Shown here piece after piece: positions 25,165 through 60,216 of a DNA stretch of 64,000 bases. Source of the stretch: the human T2T-CHM13v2.0 reference genome, Homo sapiens; NCBI RefSeq assembly GCF_009914755.1, contig NC_060926.1; one strand, written 5' to 3'. Each line of letters opens with the position of its first letter. Position 1 is the first letter of the stretch. The notes beneath the pieces are model-generated. The model saw only the letters and a program-made list of their open reading frames with translations, was not told where the DNA came from and searched no databases. The position numbers and the translations under genes are program-made.

Positions 25165-26193
25165 CTAAAGTGAGAAAGACATTAGAATCAATGAGGAGCA
25201 TGAAATGCAAAACCCCTCAAGCCCACATCAGCAATCAACAGACTTGGAAAACACAAATGCAGGTAACACTAGACTAAGGGTTAAAACTTAAATCTAAGAC
25301 TTGCTATGTGTTCATGTCATAAAATTAAACGGATTGAACCATTCAACTGTTTAGAGATTTAATATGAAAATGAATAAACCTCCCGATTATCTTCAACATT
25401 TCCCAACAGAAACAGGACAGAACTCCAAAGTTGGAAAAGACAAGAGTGTACCAAACTCCACTCCTGTGATCCTACACCCACCCAGCAAAGTAGCTCGGCT
25501 TTTAGAGTACAGATGGCTGAATTCATACTCATTTACAACTCAAGATCACCCCTCAGACAGAAAGACTCTGAAAAGCTGGATTTAAAGAAAGGTCAAAGCC
25601 TAATTTATTACAGTAGAAAAAGAAAAGCTAAGCTGTTATGCAAACGTTTCCAGGAATAATTAGCAGATACTACAAACAACTCTAATTAGCTAGACCTGGC
25701 CCTCTGCCAAGCTGAGGGGTAAGCCAGAATTCTCACAAGAAGAGCAAGTTACAGTCCCCAAACCCTCCCGTCCATGGCCAAGAAGCTTAAATGCACTTGA
25801 AGATGGATGCAAGTGGATGGTTAAGTGTTTTAAATAGTTGAACGGTTTCAAGAAAAAACCAGAGTGGGTAGTTGATTTAGGGAAGCTTCTGGTTAAAAGT
25901 CTACTGTGAAGAAAGAAGTGAAGGAAGAACAGACAGACCAGCTGGGTTCAGCCAAAGGCTCTCCAAATAGACTGTTCTGGGCAACTATTGCTAGATCATT
26001 TTCAGTTTTCATTCTTTATTTCTGGGATATTTTCCAACAGTGTTCATATTAGAAGTACACAGTCAAAATGAAAGGGGATTGGGTACTCCTGCATTGAGCA
26101 AGGGGCCTGAAATCTCCTACTCTATTGAGCCAGTCTCTGTCTTGTCACTCTGGATTCTTATCTCTCTGCTGTTTCATTACGATTTCAGAGAAA

Positions 26194-26660
26194 CGGCCCA
26201 GCGCGGTGGCTCACGCCTGTAATCCCAGCACTTTGGGAGGCTGAGGTGGGCAGATCACAAGGTCAGGAGATCGAGACCATCCTGGCTAACACGGTGAAAC
26301 CCCGTCTCTACTAAAAAATACAAAAAATTAGCCGGTGTGGTGGTGGGCGCCTGGAGTCCTAGCTACTCAGGAGGCTGAGGCAGGAGAATGGCGTGAACCC
26401 AGGAGGCAGAGCTTGCAGTGAGCTGAGATCATGCCACTACACTCCAGCCTGGGCGACAGAGCGAGACTCCATCTCAAAAAAAAAAAAAAAGATTTCAGAG
26501 AAAGGCCAGGCACAGTAGTTCACGCCAGTAATCAAAGCATTTTGAGAGGCTTTGGTGGAGGATCATTTGAGCCCAGGAGGTCCAGGCTGCAGTGAGCTGT
26601 GATAGTGCCACTGCACTCCAGCCTAGGCGACAGAGTGATGAGACCCTGTTTCAAAAAAAT
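26194..26660 (+). mobile_element. AluY (26194-26490) followed by an older internally deleted Alu (26504-26660)
   Basis: TSD GATTTCAGAGAAA. Confidence 0.9.
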
Positions 26661-27764
26661 AGCTTTCAGAGAAAGAGTGAAATTCAGTGGGGCAGGAAGC
26701 TGCCAGGAGGTAGGTATTATGCCCCTGGGAAGAGGGCAGAGTCACAGAAGTTCCCAGTGAGCCAAGAGGTGTCTGTCACTGATTCCTGGCCTCCTACAGC
26801 ACAATGCTATACTGTTTTGCTCAGGACCATGTCTAATTGTGGTTCTGAAATTCTGCCACACACTGGATTCACCTACGGAGTTTTAAAAAATCCCAATGGC
26901 CAAGCTGCACCCTATTCCAATTAGATCAGAATCTCTGGGGATGAGACCCAGGCATTGATTCCAATGGATAGCCAAATTTGAGAACCACTGCTGAAACAAA
27001 TGCATCCTATTCAAATAACTCAGAAACAAGCCCATAGTCATGGTGATAGCCAGATAACAGCGAATACAGGTATCAGAAGTCGAAAAAGGGAAGAACTAGA
27101 GGCTATACTAGAACTGCTGCTACAAGTTATGTAGAGACAGACAGCCAGCAAGACAGCAGCAGAGTATCAAGCCTTGAACATAATCATCCGGTAACCCACA
27201 AGAGCCCCATCAACAAACCTGTAGAAGTGTAATAACATAACACATATTTCTATAACCATTTTAACTTGCCACAGTCTTTTCATGTCTATTGTCCTATTTT
27301 ATTCTCACGACAACCCCAGTGGGCAAGTAAAACAGGTATTCTGAAGCTCATTTATCAGATAGAGAAACAGAACTAAGAAGTTAAATAATCTGCCTAGGGC
27401 TCACAGGAGGACTGTGACAGAGCTGGACCGAGAATCCCAGTCTTTCAACTGTCCTTTATCTCTGCTACGAAAACACAATGCTCTGTACTCTGTCCAAAAA
27501 TGAGCTCGGCACTATGATCTAGGTTAAGGGGCCAGTTTGTGCAGATAGCTAATGTAGAAATTTCTCTTGCCCTCCTGAACAGGGAAAAGAAATCGTTCTC
27601 TTTTCTGAGATTCGCTTATCTACAACTAATGAGAAAAGCCACGTAAAAAAGTAAGTTCTTAGTTTAAGAGAATTCCAGAGAAAGTATCAAAGGATGCCAG
27701 AGTCATGCCCAAAAGTAAACTGGTCGTAAAAGATTTAGAAAGCCCTGGAAACAGAAAAGAAAGC

Positions 27765-27930
27765 ATCATCTTACACTTGTACAAAATCACAGTGCAGCCA
27801 CACCAGGAATACTGCATTCACTTCTTGTCGCCATACCTCAAGGAAGACAATGCAGCTAGAAAAGGTCCAGAGAAGGACAAATAAAATGACCAACAGCTCA
27901 GAGTGGCTTTCACATGAAAATAAAATTTTA
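27765..27930 (+). mobile_element. CR1/L3-type ancient LINE ORF2 C-terminal relic
   Basis: Translates LYKITVQPHQEYCIHFLSPYLKED / QLEKVQRRTNKM, resembling the CR1-clade motif LYxxLVRPHLEYCVQFWxP...LExVQRRATKM. Confidence 0.75.
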
Positions 27931-27989
27931 TATCAGACTCTTCAAATTGAAATAACAAGATGGGGATGCTGGGATAAGGTTTGGGATCA

Positions 27990-29677
<1,688 letters not shown>

Positions 29678-30299
29678 GTCACATTCTTTCTTTAAACAAT
29701 CCTTAAAGTGTGAAGCTACTCCCTGTACCCTCACCTATAAACTTCTTTAAGAATGAAAACTTTGTGTCTGCAAACCCATAAGCATTAGCAAAGAGACAGC
29801 ACAGAGGCACTCCAGGCATGTAAGTGAATAAATGATTACCCTTAGTAGTAGAGTATACTCTTGCACTTTGAATTGTTTTCTGTCCCACTACCTACGCCTT
29901 AGTGGGGAAAGACTTGTGTTAGTTAAGCCATCTGCACTGGTTTGTCATCGTTTTGTGGCTAACTGCATTAATTTTCTGGCTGATAAGCTGTGCTTAGAGT
30001 TCTGTGAACCCTAACCTCTTTCACCAACAGGGCCCCTAGGCTGGAGAAGAGAAGGTGGTTCTACCCAGCAACATAAATTTATCATCTTCTCATTTCGTTC
30101 AAGTTCTACCCCAGTTCTTCCTCCTGCTTTATTTCTAGCACATCCACAGGTCCATCTGGAGACTGGCTCATTGCTAGTAGCCCTCAATCACTCCTCACCA
30201 TTCTCAATTCTCTCCCCTTCCCAAACTCCTCCTGTCTAACTCCAGGCCTAGTACTAGTGGCACCCGACAGCCCTGCCTTTACCTACTGGAAACTTCCAG

Positions 30300-30890
30300 A
30301 GCTTGGCAGGCACACCTAACTCCTGCCTTTCAGACCTGTGGCTCCCAAACGCGGAGGGAGTCTCCGTGGGCCCCACCACCGCCAGCAGTTTCCTCCGGGC
30401 CACGAAGCCCTTCGCCGCCCCCGCCTCTACCCCTGAAATCAAGTCCCGAAGCCCGCCCCACTGCACGACCACCTCACCCTGGGCGCCTCACCCTGGTAGG
30501 GCTTCGACAGCGAGTGCTCCCGTTTCAAGTACTCGAACGTTTGACCCGCCCCGACTTGCTGTGGCCCCTGCCCAGACCCCAACAAAAGAAGAAGGAGTAA
30601 CATCCTGGACCCATCCCGAGCCGACAAACATCGCCGCCACTGCTGCCACGACCCAAGGGGTCCCAGAGTCGCCGCCATCTTTCCCACCAACGACCCTTCA
30701 TCAAAAGCCCGCCCCGTCGCCCAACCCATTGGCCCGAAGAGCCATCTGCCCTGCGTCCTATTGGCTTTCGTCAAGCCCCCGCCCCTGCAGGTGACTATAT
30801 CACCGATTGGCTGGCTTCTGTATCAGTTGCCTTGCCAACCCAGAAAAGGGGCGTAGCCGAATGCCCAGCCCCCCCCCTTATTTGCATTTG
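30300..30890 (-). promoter_or_regulatory. LMAN2L CpG-island promoter: three CCAAT boxes, GC boxes, YY1 site over the ATG, octamer
   Basis: CpG-rich; ATTGG at 30728, 30760, 30806; CCGCCC at ~30709 and ~30779; GCCGCCATCTT 30671-30681; ATTTGCAT 30880-30887. Confidence 0.85.
30492..30678 (-). CDS. LMAN2L: LMAN2L (VIP36-like lectin) coding exon 1: signal peptide and start of L-type lectin domain
   Basis: AAGATGG start at 30678; MAATLGPLGSWQQWRRCLSARDGSRMLLLLLLLGSGQGPQQVGAGQTFEYLKREHSLSKPYQG; donor G|GTGAG at 30491; 187 nt, phase 1. Confidence 0.97.
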
Positions 30891-31059
30891 CCCTGAGTTC
30901 CACTAGGCTTGCTGGGATACGTAGTTTATTTGTATTTTGTTTTCTGCGTACGAGAGTAAATTTAAAGAGATAAAACGTTTCTTCTGGTCCCAAACATTCT
31001 ATCCTCTCTGCAATAGTACGCTCCTGACTGCAGCTCTCTGAATCAATTTGGAAGATATA

Positions 31060-31290
31060 GCAGTGAAAGGAGAAATAGACAAATCCGTAAAATAGCTGGA
31101 AAACTATCAATTTATAAAAGACTTGAACAGCACTACCAACTAACTTGACCTGATGATATTTATAGAAACTCCACCTAACAACTGCGGAAGACACATTCTC
31201 TTCAAATGCAAATGACTCCTTTGCCGTGATAGTCTGGGCCATCAAGCAACCTACAGATATAAAAGAACTGAAAGCACACAAATTAATTAA
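31060..31290 (+). mobile_element. Decayed L1 ORF2 endonuclease-domain fragment
   Basis: From 31120: DLNSTTN*LDL/DIYR..., then 'cacattctcttcaaatgca' (compare L1 EN DLNSxLxQxDLxDIYRTLHP...YTFFS). Confidence 0.65.
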
Positions 31291-31296
31291 TTCTAA

Positions 31297-40501
<9,205 letters not shown>

Positions 40502-40536
40502 TCAGTGCTCAGTAAAGAGAATTTTCCCTCACATCT

Positions 40537-41364
<828 letters not shown>

Positions 41365-42224
41365 TCAAATGAAGGGGATGTTCCAAAACAATTTGGAGGC
41401 TCCTGCAAAGAAGGAAGACTGGCACCTCATGCCACAATCAGACCTCTGCTCAGGCAGTGAACTTGCTCTCCTGCCCTCCTCACTCTTAGAGCAGAGGGAG
41501 GAGAGAATTAGAGAGAGAGTTGGGCAGAAAGAGGGGTTGGTGGCAGGGTGCACTGGTGCATGCCTGTAGTTCCAGCTACTCGGGAGGCTGAGGTGGGAGG
41601 ATCACTTGAGGCCAGGAGGTTGAGGCTGCAGTGAACCGAGATTGCACCACTGCGCTCTAGCCTGGGCAACAAAGCAAGCCCTGTCTCGAAAATTAAAAAA
41701 AAAAGAGGGGTTGGCCCTGGAGTGGTCTCTACTACAACCCTTGGGTAGGCTCCCCAAAGAAGGGTACCCTCCAGGCAAACGGGACCCCAACAGTGAGAAG
41801 CAAGAAGCAAGGAGACCTGACAGGGGCTGAGCCTCCCACTATGAGAACCAATATCTGGACACCAAATCACACTCAGTCAACCAGTAACAACCACAAAAGG
41901 AGTGGCGATTAAACTGTGGGAAATTAAGTAAAGGGAAATTACCCTTCTTCTCTCTCTTTCCTCAACACTGGAAAAGTTAGACCTGAGAAGGAAGGGAACG
42001 TGTACCAGGACCATCCCATGACCGCCTACACTCAACACCAGGCACAAGTGAACACACAAATATATCCCCCTCCAGCCAACTGCAGCAAATGGAGGGGTGA
42101 AAGGCTGACCAAAGCCCTTCCCCACATCCAAGTCCCTGCAGCAGAAACTGATCCCCAAGCCTGGAGAAGGATGACAGGGCGGGAACACAGATGATATATA
42201 TCAGAAATGAGATGGCAGGGGTTT

Positions 42225-43978
<1,754 letters not shown>

Positions 43979-45071
43979 CCTGAGAAGGATTCTTAACCTT
44001 TCCAAATCTCTATTTGGAAAATGAGACTAAGAATGGTACCCCTCCCAGTCTCCTTGCAGGGCTGAGGTGAAGGGGGACAGAAGCAGTGCATTCAGCAGGT
44101 AGAGGGGACACTGTAGCTGACAGCTTGAGGCTCCCATAACCTCCATTTAGGGATCTCCTCCTTGTATAAAAGCCCCAGTCAGACCCCTGATCAACCCTTC
44201 TTGGTCTCCTCCCCACTGTAGATGAACCACAGCCAGGGGTGCTTTGATTGTCCATGCCTGGGCAGTTGCCCATTCCTACTGGAACCCTTGGAAATGGGGG
44301 AGGGTCAAGTCTCCAGAGAAAGGGGAGGTACCGTGCCTGGAAGAAAGAGGACAGGAAGCTGGACAGATCCAAACAACAGGTGCCCACTACATCCGATGAT
44401 GCTGATTTTGCCTTCACCTTACAGAGGTCAGTTGCAATTCTTTCCTGTGTTGCCCAGGAAGAATTACACATCCAGGAATTTAAATCAGCATTGAACCTGT
44501 TTATCTGATCCAGTCCTCTTATGTTAAAGATAAAGGCCCCGAGGCCCAGCAAGTTGAGCTGGTTGCTAAATGTCTACAGGTAATTGGCACCTTGGCAATT
44601 GTTTGGGACAAACCTGAGAAAATCTGAATACTTGGGAATGAAGATCTCAAAGGCTCTATGGATTTCTGGGTGAGTTGGGACACGATAAGATTGAGGAATC
44701 AGGAACTTGCCTCATTAGTATGCCCGAGGTGATTTATTGCCACATGTGAGTTGTGCCAAGTTCTGTAGGTGTGGGTGCCGCTTACATAGACTGGAGCCTT
44801 CTAATGCCCACCAGTCCCTGCAGCCTTCCTCCCAGAGGAATTCCACTGGGATACCCACGAGCAATATATGAGACCAGTATTTTTCAAATGTGGATCAGTC
44901 AAGAAATCAGTTTAGTTGGATCAAGACACAGATTTAAGAAAAAGAACATAACTTATATCAATACATATAGTCTCTGGAAACTGAATTGTAATTTTCCATA
45001 TAAGGCCACTGGCCAAGTGCTTCCCACTCATTTCCTACCCCTGGGCCCCAGAAGTATTATTCCTACTCCAC

Positions 45072-49480
<4,409 letters not shown>

Positions 49481-51179
49481 GTAATCCCACATTTAACCTA
49501 AATATCTAAAAAACTTATTTTTCCTTTTCTTTATTGGCTTCTGTCATTAGACTCAGTGCATATGAACAGAGCTTCTGAGTGTAGACAGCCTGAAAAGGGT
49601 AAAATAAAAGGAGCCAATTCGTACTTAAGCAGAAAAAAGACATAATAGAGAAAAAAATAAAATCATAAGAAAAAGGGAAAAAATAGCCAATTGATTGATA
49701 ATAGAATGGGAAAGTTTCTAAGTATGGGAGGTGGGGGTAGGGGTGGAGCAGGGCGCTGGTGTTACAGCTCACTAGGAGATGAGGAGAGCTGGGTTTGCTT
49801 TGAGGCAATTCAGGTAGCTCTTCCTGGTTGGTGGAGACAGGGAAGGAACAGGCAGTCAAGGTTCTGCTTTTGTTCTGTCTCAGCCAGTGCCCATTCCAAG
49901 GCTCCTATTCCTCGAAAAAACTGACCTGCTGGGCACTCACTGCAAAGTATCCGCTATGAGTGGGGCCCCTACTAGCAACATACTTCTCCAGGCTGGCCTA
50001 GTTTACAGAACCCTCAATCCCAGCTAACAGGGCTTTCTTGAGTCAGGGCCTCTCTGCTACCACACCTCCTCCCACAACATTGTGTGATCCTTTCTGTTTA
50101 GGCTCCTTCCGTTTGGTACTGATTGCTGCTTTTATTAGCAAACATTACACCAAAATGAAAATAAATACAAGTGTCAGTGCGGGAAGGGAGTAAAGTGGGT
50201 TCTGTGTCTTCAGTACTGGCAAAAGATTTGCTGTGAGACCTGGTGGTCAACCCAGTACCTGATCTTCTCTGTGCACCTGTGCAATTATTGTAAGGATGTT
50301 TATCTGTCTGTCTTCTTCCCCCTCACAGGGCGGGCAGCTGTGGTCTTCCTTATACACCCTACTGACACAGGGCTAGGGCCATTCAGGAAGCAGTCATTTC
50401 AGGGATAGGCCCACTGCCGCGCCTGCCTGCTCATGTCCACAAGCAGCTGCCCAGCTGATCAGTCACCACAATTTGGGGTTAGGAGTTTGGTCCTGGAAGG
50501 CAGGTAGCAACAACTACTACCTAGCCAAAGAATATTCTAAAGAGCTGTCCTGTCATGTTCAATGTCTAGGTCCACAATCCCGCAAGCTTAGCGAAGTAAT
50601 GCTCTGTCATTCTTACCCCCATTTACAGATGGAGAAATGGGCTGGGAGATGACAGTATGGAGGCACCAGGATTTTTGTCTCGGCTCAATTTCTGCATCTC
50701 TAAATGGAAATAATTCTACTAACTCTGAGGGTTGTTGGGGGGATTTAATGAATATATGTGTTTACTTGTTTATCTCCTGTTTTCTGTTCTAGACTGTAAA
50801 CCCCAATGGGCAGCGACTTTGGCTTGTTCACTGCTCTATTGTCAGAGCCTAGAACAAGTGCCTGGTACAAAGTAGGTGTTCAATAAATATCTATGCCTAA
50901 ATGGAAGAGACAGGAGAGAAGTCTAGGCCAGAGCCTGCCCCTTCTATAACCTTAGTTCCCCAGATTTGCCTTCCACATCAGGCAGCCACTGGTTGATGGA
51001 AGCATCGTCGGGCTGGGGCTGGGGCTGGGGTAACCTACTTCTGGCCTTAGGACAAGGTCGGCAAAAATCTCAGCAGTGAGGAGGCCAGAAAAGTCTCCAA
51101 GGGGCAGGCTGCAATGCCAGCCTAAGCCCTCAGGTTTCCTTTTTCTTTTTCTACATCAGGAAAAGCACTTTTCTCGCCC

Positions 51180-53077
<1,898 letters not shown>

Positions 53078-55343
53078 TGACGCCTCTTTTCCCCTGGCGT
53101 GTTTTGTGTCTGCTGGCTTTAGTGTTCTGTTTGTGTGACTCTGTGTCCCTTTGCCTATCGCTTCCTATGCTTCTGAGGTGAACGATTTTGGAGCGGTAGA
53201 CCCATTCTCAAGTGTCTGCCGTCTGCCAGGTAGTGTGCTGTGTGCTCCTGATGAATCAAAGCTGAATAAGACATACTCGCTCCCTTGGAGGGCTGGAGCA
53301 AGACCTCAGGGAGCTATTGAAGCAAGACAGAGTAAGACAGATGCCTGAAAAGAGGCCAGGGCGATGGAGATTTAGAGTATGGGGTGGAGTCAGGAAGGGG
53401 CTGGGAAATTGGGGAATCCACAGGGGAAGGAGCATTTGAGGAGAATCTTAAAAGGTAGAGAGGCTTGCTGCTTGAGGCAGAGGGAACCCCGCAAGCAGAG
53501 AACCGGAGTGGAGAAGCAAAAGTGTGCTTGTGGCCCAGCAGGTGGTCCTGTTTGGTGGGTATAGTGGCTCTGATGCTTAGTGGTCAATGGCTGGAGTAGT
53601 TTGGGGCCCGGTGGTGGACGCTAAGTTTGCTCCCAGCTTGGGAGCTACAGGTTTTTGAGCAGGGGAGTCATGTTACTGGAGGTGCTAGCCCACAGAAGCA
53701 GAATTGGGAGGTCTCTAATTGGCTCGCTTCTCAGAACAATGCCAAGTAGCGCTTTCGACTATTCAGCAGAAGCAAGCAGATTAAGTTTTGGTAATTGTGG
53801 CGCCAGCGTAAGCTTCCCTCCAGTGGTCTGCTGGAAATCTTCAGCTGCCTTGCACTGCCTTGTGTTTTTTTCTCACCTGGGTTCTTGGCCATTTCGCAGG
53901 TAGTTAGAGAGGCATTTGGAGGGTTTACTCATCAGCCTCAAAGCTCAAGGCACACACTCCTTTTCTTCCAGCAAAATTTTCCTCCCATCTCTGCCATTCA
54001 GAAACCCTCAAAGTGGCAGTAAACAAGCCAATTATGGAGTGGAACCCTCCCAGGCTGAAGGAAGTGAGGAGGCAGAAAGGGAAGCTCTTTTTTAAAGGAA
54101 TGGGGGTGAGGGGCTCATCCTAAACTTGGGGACTTTGCTTTCTAAACATGCTCCCAGCCTTCATTCCCATAGGAGAGCTCCTACTGGCTGAGGCTGCTCA
54201 GGCCGACCTAGGGCTTGGAGGGACTTCGGAATCCTAGCAGGGAGTGAGCTGGCAGGTGTTTCTGTAACGGAGAGTGGAGGACAGCTTTGGAGTGGGATAG
54301 GGAGGAGCTGGCTTTGCCAGGTTTGGTCTGAAAAGATGCTGGGGTCAGGGCCAGGGTGGTGGGTTGGTACCCTCCTAAGTTCAACAGACTGAATCTTAGT
54401 ATCGGAGCTGAGGACCACTTGAGTAAAGTAAGCCAGAGTCTGGGAGAGCCCCAGGGAAGGTGGCCTCCCTGCAGAGACTGGAGAGACAGACCCCTAGTGG
54501 TGAAGGCAGAGGCTGCGGTGGGGTGGGGGTGGGGGCGGCTTTGGGAGTGCAGACCCAGGAATCAGGTTTTCCCAGGTACCCGAGCCTGGGACAGAAAAGC
54601 AGTGAGGATCTGTGCCCCACCCCCACCCTAAGCCTTGGGACCTGAAGACTTCTCCTATTGCTTAGTTGGGAACCTGATTAGGACCCTCCAGGGCAACTTC
54701 CTCCTCACTGCCTCTGTGGTGTTTGGGACTATGGTTTGTGACACACCCAGTAGCACCTTCCCATCAGTTCATTTGGAATCTGGATCCAACCAGTATGGAT
54801 TGGTCTGACCAGTCTCCCAGTCTTGATCAGCAGGGCTGAGCTCTCTTGGGTGGGAGCCTCCTGGGTCTTGAGAGGGCTGTCTTTGGGCTCTGTCTTGTCA
54901 AGTGCCCTTTCATTAAGTTGGGAAAACAGAGCTAGCATCTCTTAGGCCGTAGCAGAGCTCTGCTGAGCCAGAGTCCCCAGGTTCAGTTTACTCCGGGAAA
55001 CTCTGCTTAACAGAGGCCAGTAGCCTGAGGCCAAGCCCTGGAGCAGTGCTGGTAAACCCAGGGAACTGCACACAGGCTGCCCAGCACAGCAGGCCGCCCT
55101 GGAGATGGTGATAGTCCCCCCTCTCTACCCACCCCCGACAAATGAACAGGCCCTGCGGCTTTATGCCATCACTTACTTCCCCATTCTCAGAGGTCTTGGA
55201 AAACCAGTTTTAACTCATTGCACACCGGGTTCCCTGCAGCGTGGCCTCTTCCAGACCTTCCAATCTGGCGTCCACCTTCTTAGTCTGAGATTACCCAGGA
55301 CACAGCACACACCTAGTGTACATCTGCAATTTAAGAGTTTCTT

Positions 55344-57010
<1,667 letters not shown>

Positions 57011-57435
57011 CTTTTTGCTGTTCTTAAACACACCAGGATGCTCCCACCATGGGGCCTTTGCCCTGGTTGTTTCCTTGGGCTGGAATATTCTTCTCCAGAA
57101 GTCAGCATGGCTCACTGTCTTCCCAGGTCACCTCTCAGTGGGGCCTTCTTGCCACCTTGTTTAAAACTGCACCCACCATCCCACCCCAACTTCCTAATCT
57201 CCCCTGCCCTGTGCCGATTTCTTCTCTTCTCGTAGCACACATTGCTCTCTAGCATCTATGTAATTTGCTGATTTACTGTGTTGTCTACTGTCTGTCTCCT
57301 CCCACTGGCATATAAGTTTCAAAGGGCAGGTCTCTTTGTTTTGCTCATCAATGTATCTCTAGCCCCTAGAATGGCTCTTGGCACATAGTAAGGCCTCCAT
57401 CCATGGCACTGAGTGAGTAAGTGAGTGAATGAATA
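57011..57435 (+). mobile_element. L2 3' end
   Basis: gggcctttgc..ctggaatattctt...ggcacatagtaag...gagtgaatgaat terminal repeat. Confidence 0.75.
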
Positions 57436-58431
57436 CCTGTCTGTTTTGGCAGAGGATCATTCCCATTTTAATAGTGTTAGAATTCTGAGGAGCTGATGAG
57501 TGCAAAGAAAAATGGGTGTTGTGCACTTACCGGGTTCAGAGTTCCAGCCACACAGGACAGACAGGAGGAGTGCCTGGGATGACATGTCAGGGACTGAGAA
57601 GTAGAGTTTGGGGCCTTGAGTGTGATGCATGGTTCCTCTCCATGTGCCTCAGTTTCCCCACCAGTAAGTGGTCTTTGGCCACTGGGGGTTTACACAGCTT
57701 CCCTCATTAGATGAGTCATGAATGTGCTCCTACACACTTAGAGACGGGCTAGGGGCATCGATGCAGAGGTAGGGGCCGAGTGTCCCTAGGAGTAAGGCAG
57801 GGGTACAGCCTTGCAGCACTTCTGTCTCCCAGCTCACGGCAGTTAGTGCCAGATATCTGTGGAACCCCATGCTGCGTGCAAGACGTGATGCTAGGTGATG
57901 CAGGACCACAGGAGTAAGATCATCGAGTTGGTGAGACAAGCCCTCAGGCCTGAGAGTCTCCTGTGATTTGAACCTTGGCCCTTCCGCTTAAACCTCGCCT
58001 GGAACTGTTTGCAGTACTGGGTGTTGTGGGTGGGTTTGTCCACCTTGGAATCTCAGAACAAAGCCACCTCCAGCTCCTCCTGCCCCAGTTTGTGTTTTGC
58101 CTTCACCACTCTCCCAGACCCTGAAGCTAAGTAATGAAGGAAGAGGGCAGAGCTCTGCACCCCCCTTGCAGCCCACCTTCCAGCTTCTAGCTGTGCCTCA
58201 CCCTCTGGGACACTCCTTCCCTCCCAGGTACTTAGCTCATCTTTAAACACCTTATCTTTCCCCACCCACCTTATAACCACCTAGACCCTGTATAGACCTG
58301 GGTGTAACTCCAGCCAGCCTGGTCACTGACCTGTGAGGTGGCCTTGGACCTGTTACTCCTCCTCTCAGCAAGGTAGTGCAGTATAAATTGGTGGGGAAAA
58401 GCTAGAAATATTTTCATTAAAAAAATCCTCC

Positions 58432-60216
<1,785 letters not shown>

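Noticed and set aside
30303-30794. 163-aa Pro/Ala/Thr-rich + strand ORF
   Set aside because: Antisense to LMAN2L exon 1 in a CpG island; compositional artefact
44010-44552. 180-aa ORF in unique intergenic DNA
   Set aside because: No recognisable domain or exon structure; cannot be supported
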